Shown: positions 57,077-64,000 of the stretch, in pieces
How positions within the stretch are numbered: position 1 is the stretch's first letter
Layout of the letters: every line of letters starts with the position of its first letter
Source: a virus
Direction: 5' to 3' (one strand)
Virus record (IMG/VR): IMGVR_UViG_3300007177_000160
Span: 1-64,000 of that record
DNA: 64,000 bases
Made by a program: the position numbers and the translations under genes
Notes under the pieces: model-generated
Told to the model about the DNA's origin: nothing
Databases searched by the model: none
The model's input: only the letters and a program-made list of their open reading frames with translations

Positions 57077-57510
57077 TGGGTACTAATACAGAAGTGAAGG
57101 AATTAAATCTCACAGGTAAGCTTTTATGTGGATTTGTATTTTCTAAAGACAGTTTGGGTGCGTTGATGAGTGCAGGGTTAATCAATATTTATCTTGATGA
57201 TTATGGCTACACATCTCGACACACAGATTGTATGTTCTTTTTATTTAATTCTAACAACAAGTATTACGACTCATTAGAAAAAAAGATTACCAGCTTTGTA
57301 AGCTTCCACGATTGGTATGAAGTGGGAGAAGGTAGACGTATGTTAGTGTTTAAGATAGGTGATGCTTACAAGAAAGACTTCAAAAACTTTAAACAGAATA
57401 ATTTTAAAGATTTTTCTGTAAGTGCTTTGAAGGTTTTACCAATTGTAAACTTTAATTTTGAACTAGATTATTCAAAAGAAATTTATCGATATCACTTATG
57501 TCCAAACTAA
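57076..57510 (+). CDS. Hypothetical protein
   Basis: 144-aa ORF. Confidence 0.7.
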   Translation: MGTNTEVKELNLTGKLLCGFVFSKDSLGALMSAGLINIYLDDYGYTSRHTDCMFFLFNSNNKYYDSLEKKITSFVSFHDWYEVGEGRRMLVFKIGDAYKKDFKNFKQNNFKDFSVSALKVLPIVNFNFELDYSKEIYRYHLCPN

Positions 57511-58502
57511 CACACGCTGAAAAGAAACTAAACCTATACCTAGACATAGCAGAAAGAGTCGCTCAAGAGTCTTACTGTAAGCGTTTACAAGTGGGCGCTA
57601 TCATTGTAAAAGATGGAAATATTATTTCCTTTGGATACAATGGAGCTATAGCAGGCACTGTAAACAAATGTGAAGAATGTCCTGCCGAAGAAATTTGGCA
57701 GGATACTTCATATTTAAACTATCAAGTTAGTTCTTTAGGAAAAGTCAAACGATTAGGTACTACATTAACAAAAGAGATTAAAAAAGCAAATGGAACTGTT
57801 TATATACAGAATGTTTCTTTAGAAGAAAGAGAGTTAGGAATTTCTTGTAATAAAAAGGGTTATCCTGTTGTAAAAATTAACTCTAAAAGTGTTCTAGTAC
57901 ATCAATTAGTAGCAAAGGCATTTATTAAAAACCCAGACTATAGTTATTACAATCAAATAAACCACATAGATGGAGACAAAAATAATAACAACGTAACTAA
58001 CTTAGAATGGTGTACTAATCGCTATAATTGTGAAGAGCGTAGTAAAAAAACACATGCAAATAGAGAACTTCCTTTAGGAGTCTATTTAGATAAGACTAGA
58101 CCAAATACTCCATATATAGGAAGAATTTATGCAAATAATAAAATTCAAATATGTAGATTTGCTACTATAGAAGAGGCTGAAAAATTTGTGAATTATTTTA
58201 AAAATAGTAAAGATTATAAAACTTTTCGGTACGATACTACTAACTTTAGTACGACTTTACCTAGCGTACTTCACGCAGAATCTAATGCTATAACTAAGGC
58301 TTGTAAGTCACCTATATCAACAGAAGGGGCTACAATGTACTTAACGCATTCGTGCTGCTTAGAGTGCGCCAAGTTGATTATTCAAAGTGGCATCAAAAAA
58401 GTCTACTATCTACAGGACTATAGGGATAAATCAGGGATCAATCTTTTAAAGAATTGTGACATTGATGTAGTAAGAATTAACAGAAAACCAACCAACATAT
58501 AA
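57498..58502 (+). CDS. dCMP deaminase with in-frame NUMOD4-HNH insertion
   Basis: SYC.R.QVGA, GYNG, HAESNAI, CCLECAKLI.QSGI flank YQVSSLGKVK...VHQLVA..F...INHIDGDKNNN.VTNLEWCT...N. Confidence 0.9.
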   Translation: MSKLTHAEKKLNLYLDIAERVAQESYCKRLQVGAIIVKDGNIISFGYNGAIAGTVNKCEECPAEEIWQDTSYLNYQVSSLGKVKRLGTTLTKEIKKANGTVYIQNVSLEERELGISCNKKGYPVVKINSKSVLVHQLVAKAFIKNPDYSYYNQINHIDGDKNNNNVTNLEWCTNRYNCEERSKKTHANRELPLGVYLDKTRPNTPYIGRIYANNKIQICRFATIEEAEKFVNYFKNSKDYKTFRYDTTNFSTTLPSVLHAESNAITKACKSPISTEGATMYLTHSCCLECAKLIIQSGIKKVYYLQDYRDKSGINLLKNCDIDVVRINRKPTNI

Positions 58503-58504
58503 CT

Positions 58505-58780
58505 ATGAAACTAAGAGGAACAAGAGTCTTATTAGACCAACCTAAGATTAATGACTTAGGTTTAGAATTATCTCCCGAAATTGAGAAGGAGTTAATGGCT
58601 GACGAATTAAAAAAGTACAATGCTCTTACTGTATTTGCTGTAGGAGATGAAGTATCAGATGTAAACGTAGGCGATAAAGTCTATGTAGCACCTACTACTT
58701 TAGCAATGTGCGAACTTGTAGAAGTTGATGAGGAAACAAAAATCCTTGTTAGAGCTATGGACATTTCAATTATCTGGTAA
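58505..58780 (+). CDS. GroES-like co-chaperonin
   Basis: LRGTRVLL...VFAVG.EV..V.VGDKV......DI. Confidence 0.75.
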   Translation: MKLRGTRVLLDQPKINDLGLELSPEIEKELMADELKKYNALTVFAVGDEVSDVNVGDKVYVAPTTLAMCELVEVDEETKILVRAMDISIIW

Positions 58781-58781
58781 T

Positions 58782-59096
58782 ATGGTAGCGATTTTATTAA
58801 GCATAATTGCAGGTATTTTAATTATAGTAAGTGTAGCTTTAATCAACGAGTTAAGAGCTATGAACTATAATTTGAATAGACACTGTGCTCAAAACGAGCT
58901 TCAGGTAAACCATACTAGAATGAGTTTAGATATTCTACGCAGTAACTATAACTTAAACAAAGAGGTATCTGAATTACAAAGAAGCAAAGTTATGGAAGAA
59001 CTTACTAACTTAGCTAAAGCTAATCCTGCTGCTGTGAATGACCAGATTACAGATGCTGTAACCCAAAAGCCCATTAGAAAAAAATCTACAAAATAA
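58782..59096 (+). CDS. Membrane-anchored hypothetical protein
   Basis: Probable start MVAILL; N-terminal TM. Confidence 0.65.
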   Translation: MVAILLSIIAGILIIVSVALINELRAMNYNLNRHCAQNELQVNHTRMSLDILRSNYNLNKEVSELQRSKVMEELTNLAKANPAAVNDQITDAVTQKPIRKKSTK

Positions 59097-59097
59097 T

Positions 59098-59421
59098 ATG
59101 AGACTATTTTATTACACCGAAAAACAAAAAATCGAAGACGGTGAAGAAATGGAACTAGTTACCAAGACTGGTTTTTCTTTTGATTTAGATAAGGTTGTTA
59201 TGACCTACCCTGAAGAAAAAGGACTAGCCGTTGTTTTGGCACACAATGCCGACAAAATCAATCCTGTAGAGTATGAATACAAGATTGACCCTGTAAGCAA
59301 GAAGAAAGTTCCAGTAAGAGTTAAGAAGTTTGAAATTACTTCCGAGCCTATTGTTATTTCTTTAACTAACATCGAAGAGATTAACAGATTCTTTGCAGAA
59401 ACAGGCGGACCCAAGTACTAA
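59098..59421 (+). CDS. Hypothetical protein
   Basis: 107 aa; last plus-strand gene. Confidence 0.75.
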   Translation: MRLFYYTEKQKIEDGEEMELVTKTGFSFDLDKVVMTYPEEKGLAVVLAHNADKINPVEYEYKIDPVSKKKVPVRVKKFEITSEPIVISLTNIEEINRFFAETGGPKY

Positions 59422-59440
59422 ACTCTAAACACTCTCTATA

Positions 59441-59478
59441 AAAGAAAACCCAGTCTTAATAGGCTGGGTTTCTTTTTT
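59441..59478. terminator. Bidirectional terminator at the convergence point
   Basis: AAAGAAAACCCAG...CTGGGTTTCTTTTTT. Confidence 0.85.
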
Positions 59479-59480
59479 CG

Positions 59481-59848
59481 AGGAGATAGAGGGAATTGAA
59501 CCCTCGTCCAGAGAAAGCTGCAATTTAATGCTGTTTACACGCTTAGTACTGAGCAAGCTCTGCACCGTAAGGGTTGACCGAAGTCAGATTCCACCACCTA
59601 GTTGAGTTGTCGGTAAACTAGGAAACCTAGAAGCAAGCTTCATGTGCCATTTTCTGTTCCAGGGGATGACTCCCCGTGACTTAGGCTGCCATTTGATATT
59701 CGTTCACGAACTCAACTGCATCTTCAAAAGTCATGTCAGATAATTCTACGTTGCCGTTTAATTAGTTTGATACGTGATTATAGAGAACAGTACCATCTCT
59801 CTGCGTGAGCACTAAACCCAATCAATCCTGTCGATTCCTGTTATCCCC
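59481..59848 (-). ncRNA. ssrA: tmRNA; tag (A)GNVELSDMTFEDAVEFVNEYQMAA
   Basis: 5' GGGGATA...GGAATCGAC; 3' GAC-GAGGG-TTCAATT-CCCTC-TATCTCC with G3-U70; tag ORF 59755-59681 ends AA*; promoter TAACTTTG just upstream. Confidence 0.93.
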
Positions 59849-59861
59849 AATTACTACAAAG

Positions 59862-60125
59862 TTATATTCTAATTACTCTTGGTTGATCGATTTCGTCAGA
59901 AAAAATTACTTTTAATCCACAAATAGAACTTATAAAGACTCCTTCTGGAATCTCTGCATCTTCCTCAGTGTGAAATAACTCTCGTAAAAATTCTTTGTAA
60001 TGAGCATCAGTCATCATAACAGCATTAGGGTAAACTCCCAAATGGCGAGTTCCTTTATCGTCTGTTTCTTTTTCCGAATCAAGAAAAAACTGGTTAATTT
60101 GGGATTCAAGTTCCTGAATTGTCAT
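59862..60125 (-). CDS. Hypothetical protein
   Basis: 87-aa ORF. Confidence 0.7.
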   Translation of the reverse strand: MTIQELESQINQFFLDSEKETDDKGTRHLGVYPNAVMMTDAHYKEFLRELFHTEEDAEIPEGVFISSICGLKVIFSDEIDQPRVIRI

Positions 60126-60134
60126 AGCGGTAGA

Positions 60135-61121
60135 CTAAATAATTTTGCCGTCAATAATCTTCATATTATTAACATGGAAGGAAAGATCGGAATTAACTTC
60201 CACAAAAGCAAATCCATGTGACCATTTTGTGTAAGCAAAAGGTCTATAATCAGGTGATAAAGTACAAAGACAACCCATTGACCAAACGCCAGTAGATTCT
60301 CCGTTGATGTTGTTTTCGGAGTGGTGAGATACTTGATGGTTGTGTCCAAACAAAGTAGAAGACTTAGCCTTTAAAAACATTCCTCTTGCAGGGTTAACAG
60401 GTGAGAATACACTTTCTCCCATTTCGTGTCCGTGCAATACGTTCAATTTACCTAATTTAATAATCTCCCTATTAACCAAGTTGATTTTAAACTCACTCAA
60501 TGCTAACAGGTTTTCAAACTTCAAATTGTCAACGTCGCTAAACTCTTTGGCGTTACGTAATAGGTAATTACGAACACGCTCCTCGTGGTTACCTAACTTG
60601 TAATATATAGGTATAATTGGAAATAGTTCACGCAAGTAAGAGAAAAACGCTTTAGTCATCTCGATTTCCTCACGTAACGATGGCATACCTACCTCCTTAA
60701 TAAACGAACTTACTGGATGGCAGTCCATTATATCTCCATTTAGAATGATACAATCTATGTCATTGTTTAATCCCCACTCTAAGGCCGTAGACACAGCATC
60801 CATATCGTGATAAGGTATGTGTATGTCAGATAAAACTAAATAACGTCCTTCCTTTAGGTGAACGTTAGCCATTTCTTTGTTGTGGGAGAATACTTTTAGT
60901 TTTTCTAATCCCTCTTGAATTGTAGATTTATTAGTCACAAATGATTTGTCTTTTAAAGCCTTAAAATGATAGTTCCCTTTTACTCCCCTAAAATATCTAA
61001 TCGTATCTCTTACTCTCTCAATAGATGTAAGTTGTGGGTTTTCTTCTAAGATTAGTTTAGCAAGAGTGCGGTTCGGAACGTCAGGATACTTTTCTAAGTA
61101 AGCCTTAACGATTTCTCTCAT
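60135..61121 (-). CDS. Calcineurin-like metallophosphoesterase
   Basis: SDIH, GDIMD, GNHE, HGHE, GHNH, GCLC, W.HGF. Confidence 0.9.
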   Translation of the reverse strand: MREIVKAYLEKYPDVPNRTLAKLILEENPQLTSIERVRDTIRYFRGVKGNYHFKALKDKSFVTNKSTIQEGLEKLKVFSHNKEMANVHLKEGRYLVLSDIHIPYHDMDAVSTALEWGLNNDIDCIILNGDIMDCHPVSSFIKEVGMPSLREEIEMTKAFFSYLRELFPIIPIYYKLGNHEERVRNYLLRNAKEFSDVDNLKFENLLALSEFKINLVNREIIKLGKLNVLHGHEMGESVFSPVNPARGMFLKAKSSTLFGHNHQVSHHSENNINGESTGVWSMGCLCTLSPDYRPFAYTKWSHGFAFVEVNSDLSFHVNNMKIIDGKII

Positions 61122-61131
61122 AGTAATAATA

Positions 61132-61485
61132 TTAATTAAAAATAATTAACAGAAACGAAAGCACCACTGCACCCCAAAAGCCCTTCTTGTAGAATTTTAA
61201 TTCTGATTGGCTATCGTCGTATAGTTTATAATACTTTCGTAACTCTACTCCTGTAGTGTCAATAACATGCTGCATGCTAGGGACTACAGAATCCTTGTAG
61301 TTGTGTATGATAACGCTATCTGCTTTTCTGATGCGTTGTAATGCTACTACCCTCTCTCTGGCTTGAATACCTTTGAGAAACTCTTTATTCAACTCCTTTA
61401 GCGGTAAGCTGTCTAGAGATTGAGAATAAGAGTTTTGTACCCTCAAGATCAGGCATAGTATCAATAGCAATTTGAATCGTGTCAT
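61132..61485 (-). CDS. Putative spanin-like protein
   Basis: Signal peptide, coiled coil and C-terminal TM; overlaps 61385-61717. Confidence 0.5.
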   Translation of the reverse strand: MTRFKLLLILCLILRVQNSYSQSLDSLPLKELNKEFLKGIQARERVVALQRIRKADSVIIHNYKDSVVPSMQHVIDTTGVELRKYYKLYDDSQSELKFYKKGFWGAVVLSFLLIIFN

Positions 61486-61717
61486 ATTTTAACTTTACTT
61501 TTGTGTACTCTTTGTAAAGCTGCACCTTTACCTTCTGTAAAGAATCAACCTTAGCAAATAAAAGCTCGTTCTTTTTATTAACTGAATCTAAGTACAAAAG
61601 CAAACGAGTGTCGTCTTGTTGTACAGGAGCAAACAATCTATAAGAAAGTACGAGGGCTATAATAAACAAAAGGACTACTATAAGAGTCCCTTGTGCGTTA
61701 TTTTCTTTGTTTTTCAT
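61385..61717 (-). CDS. Putative inner spanin-like protein
   Basis: N-terminal TM and coiled coil; follows the holin. Confidence 0.5.
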   Translation of the reverse strand: MKNKENNAQGTLIVVLLFIIALVLSYRLFAPVQQDDTRLLLYLDSVNKKNELLFAKVDSLQKVKVQLYKEYTKVKLKYDTIQIAIDTMPDLEGTKLLFSISRQLTAKGVE

Positions 61718-62120
61718 TTACCTTATGGGTATCTATTTTTTCCAGAATGATAGTAAGTAATTCATTCTTAATTAAACCTGCTCGTGCCGCGTTCTTTAGA
61801 GCCGAGATTAATTGAAATAAAATAAATGGAGCCACTACAGTTTCGCTCAACCAGAAAGTTCCATCAAATCCTTTTTCTATAACAAGTACCCCTGTCAATA
61901 AAAAAATCCAAACTACTAATGTTTGTAGTACTTTAATTGCTTTGTTTGTACGAAAACCTTCCATTTTAGTTCCCGCAATAACTCCAAAGAATCCATCTAT
62001 GAAGATTACGCAAACTACAGCTAAGTACTGGTCAATGTTTTCTGCACCTAGATTAAAGAAATAAGTACCTAAAAAGGCAAAGACGGTGGTAGAGAGATAT
62101 AACAACGTAGTAGTTTTCAT
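61698..62120 (-). CDS. Holin (3-4 TM)
   Basis: IDGFFGVIAG...F.T.K...Q.IS.LKN...G pattern of the phage holin 4 family. Confidence 0.75.
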   Translation of the reverse strand: MKTTTLLYLSTTVFAFLGTYFFNLGAENIDQYLAVVCVIFIDGFFGVIAGTKMEGFRTNKAIKVLQTLVVWIFLLTGVLVIEKGFDGTFWLSETVVAPFILFQLISALKNAARAGLIKNELLTIILEKIDTHKVNEKQRK

Positions 62121-62335
62121 TATGGGTAGTCAATAACTATTGGTGGGAAATCATCATCAGTTAAAGTTATAATAGGAGCGCCTTGTGGTAAAATATCTCC
62201 AAAGTCTCCTAATGAGTTAGCGTTACACACATAACGACCATCTAAAGTAACAGCATAGTTAAAAGTATCTACACCTCTGCGTAGACCTACGTTAGTTTCA
62301 GCTACTTCCTGAGATATAACAATGTATTGTGCCAT
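62120..62335 (-). CDS. Hypothetical protein
   Basis: 71-aa ORF. Confidence 0.65.
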   Translation of the reverse strand: MAQYIVISQEVAETNVGLRRGVDTFNYAVTLDGRYVCNANSLGDFGDILPQGAPIITLTDDDFPPIVIDYP

Positions 62336-63231
62336 TATTTTCCAACTGCTGTTTGAAAGTTATACAAAGCCAATCTAAACTGTAAGAATTGAGCATCGTC
62401 AATCGCAGCTTTTGACATATAAAAATACTTATACAATTTATTAGAGCGTAAGGATGGAGTATTAGCTCCTCCGACACCATCAGACGTTGCAGCTAAGAAC
62501 ATTTTATTAGTGAAAGAAGCACTTGGATTTATAGTAACAAAGTTTTGTCCTCTCATGTAGTTACTTCCTGAACCTGTGTTAAAATAAAATACCTTTGCTT
62601 CACTAGCAGATCTTCTTACAAATGCCCAGTGACCTACAGCTTGGCCATTTCCGTCTACACTATTAAAAGTAACACGTGCAGCTTGTTCATTAAAAGACCA
62701 AATATCTAGTAAGTTTGCATTATTAGAAAACCATACGGCTCTAGCACGGCTATAACCCCCTGTACCATCAACAGTTTCTGTAATGCCCATAGGAATTTCT
62801 GTTCTAGAATTAAATCCTGTAGCATCGTAACATCCAAACATAAAATCAGCTATAGAAAATCCAGGAACAGAAATAGGAGAAAAATTAGTATCTCCGTGTT
62901 GAGTAGTTCCATCAAACTGAAGTCCTTTTGCTACTAACGTAGGACTGCCTGTCCAAATAATCTGATAAGTAGCAGGATCTTTTAGGTTATAAGTTGTTTG
63001 TGATAAACTATTTCCAAGTAAAGGATAAAAAGCATACATTCTATCCCACATATTACAAGCCTTTAAAGCAATAACAAAGTTATCTACAGCGGTTCTTTCA
63101 GTAGAATCAGTAATATTAGCTGCAGTAACATAAGCTAATGCATCTAAATCATTTACAGGAGAGAGTGCTCCTCCCCCTCCTCCGCCTATGATTTTAATAG
63201 GATTACGTATGCCAAAACTTAACCCAATCAT
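62335..63231 (-). CDS. Virion/tail protein (lectin-like)
   Basis: D.DA.AY..AA.IT...E..AV..FV..LK....W..M.A.YP..G...NLK.P...FQTAVG. Confidence 0.7.
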   Translation of the reverse strand: MIGLSFGIRNPIKIIGGGGGGALSPVNDLDALAYVTAANITDSTERTAVDNFVIALKACNMWDRMYAFYPLLGNSLSQTTYNLKDPATYQIIWTGSPTLVAKGLQFDGTTQHGDTNFSPISVPGFSIADFMFGCYDATGFNSRTEIPMGITETVDGTGGYSRARAVWFSNNANLLDIWSFNEQAARVTFNSVDGNGQAVGHWAFVRRSASEAKVFYFNTGSGSNYMRGQNFVTINPSASFTNKMFLAATSDGVGGANTPSLRSNKLYKYFYMSKAAIDDAQFLQFRLALYNFQTAVGK

Positions 63232-63236
63232 GAGTC

Positions 63237-63548
63237 TTATTTATAAGCTATGATACTTCCAGAAGAAATAGCAAATCCTGTAATGTTACCTCCGCCAGGT
63301 AAGTAAGCGCCTTGTTTAAAAGTTACGCCTGACATACCGCGAAGAGTAAGTTGTTCTACTCCATTAACTTTAAATGAAGTAAACACAGTGTCTTCTTGTG
63401 GAACAACTGCCACAAAGTTTACATCGTTTACAGTACCTGTTGCGTAACGAACAAAACCACCTGCACCAGCTAATGTTCCAGTGCTTGCAGCAATCTGTCT
63501 TAATTTCTTAGAATGTTCGTCTAATTTTTGAGAAATGTCCCATGCCAT
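63237..63548 (-). CDS. Small structural protein
   Basis: C-terminal ITGFAISSGSIIAY; promoter CAAATATA at about 63596. Confidence 0.65.
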   Translation of the reverse strand: MAWDISQKLDEHSKKLRQIAASTGTLAGAGGFVRYATGTVNDVNFVAVVPQEDTVFTSFKVNGVEQLTLRGMSGVTFKQGAYLPGGGNITGFAISSGSIIAYK

Positions 63549-63634
63549 AATTGTATACGTTTAAATTAATAAACCAGTCTTTCGACTCGCTTATACAAAT
63601 ATAACTTTAAATAAAATAAATGCAAGAGACTGAT

Positions 63635-64000
63635 TTAAAACTCTTCTGTAATATCTAAGCCTTCTCTAGTTAAGAAATAAGGTCTAAATAAAGCAGGAGT
63701 ATATGTTCTATCAGTATCTTTTCTTGCGTCCATTTCTGATACAGCTTTAGCAAATCTAGTTTGTAAGTCTGTCATTTCTTCATAGATTGAAGCAGGAACC
63801 TCACGACCACTTGAAGTATAAGCTTGCATCTTCTTTTGAATTTCTTTCAATTGTTTTTTATACTGGAGTTTAAGCTGGCCGCCTATAGTACGAGTTTTCA
63901 TTGTTTCTACTCCACCATAGTTTTCTTTGTAACGTGTTCTTAAATCTCTAGTATAGGTCTTTGGCATATAAGAGTTAAATGCACGGTTTTGGTAATCCAT
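63635..64000 (-). CDS. C-terminal part of a larger protein (5' end outside window)
   Basis: Open to the window edge. Confidence 0.6.
   Translation of the reverse strand: MDYQNRAFNSYMPKTYTRDLRTRYKENYGGVETMKTRTIGGQLKLQYKKQLKEIQKKMQAYTSSGREVPASIYEEMTDLQTRFAKAVSEMDARKDTDRTYTPALFRPYFLTREGLDITEEF

Noticed and set aside
57678-58250. Intein in dCMP deaminase
   Set aside because: No Hint domain motifs or terminal HN + C/S/T; the whole insert is accounted for by endonuclease and DNA-binding domains.

Overview
This is a 64-kb segment of a lytic tailed dsDNA phage that resembles crAss-like phages (Crassvirales-type). It most likely infects a Bacteroidota/Flavobacteriia host, judged from TAnnTTTG promoters, A-rich leaders without Shine-Dalgarno sequences, and a tmRNA tag starting with Gly. 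Genes read in the standard code. Layout: (i) 1-21.5 kb, minus-strand late genes: terminase large subunit (absent from the ORF track, runs off the left edge), lysis genes, two paralogous tail proteins and a 2798-aa tail fibre. (ii) About 21.5-24 kb, the strand switch, with an aminoacyl-tRNA-protein transferase-like gene and a long low-complexity non-coding region that may be the genome terminus. (iii) 24-59.4 kb, plus-strand early and replication genes: tRNAs, SPL-like radical SAM, helicases, ThyX, primase, UNG, PolA, dCMP deaminase, GroES. (iv) 59.5-64 kb, minus strand: tmRNA, phosphoesterase, holin/spanins, tail genes. Main observations: a twister-ribozyme core split by a 175-nt structured insertion; a ~300-nt structured RNA bounded by a promoter and a terminator; a phage tmRNA with a 24-aa tag and a U discriminator, in the same genome as an N-degron-type transferase; an ORF-less group I intron at the catalytic Asp of UNG; an in-frame HNH insertion in dCMP deaminase with no intein; a GIY-YIG gene that appears to have displaced the thyX start; and a repeat-delimited array of small genes. 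All calls come from reading motifs and base pairing by eye; no database searches were run.
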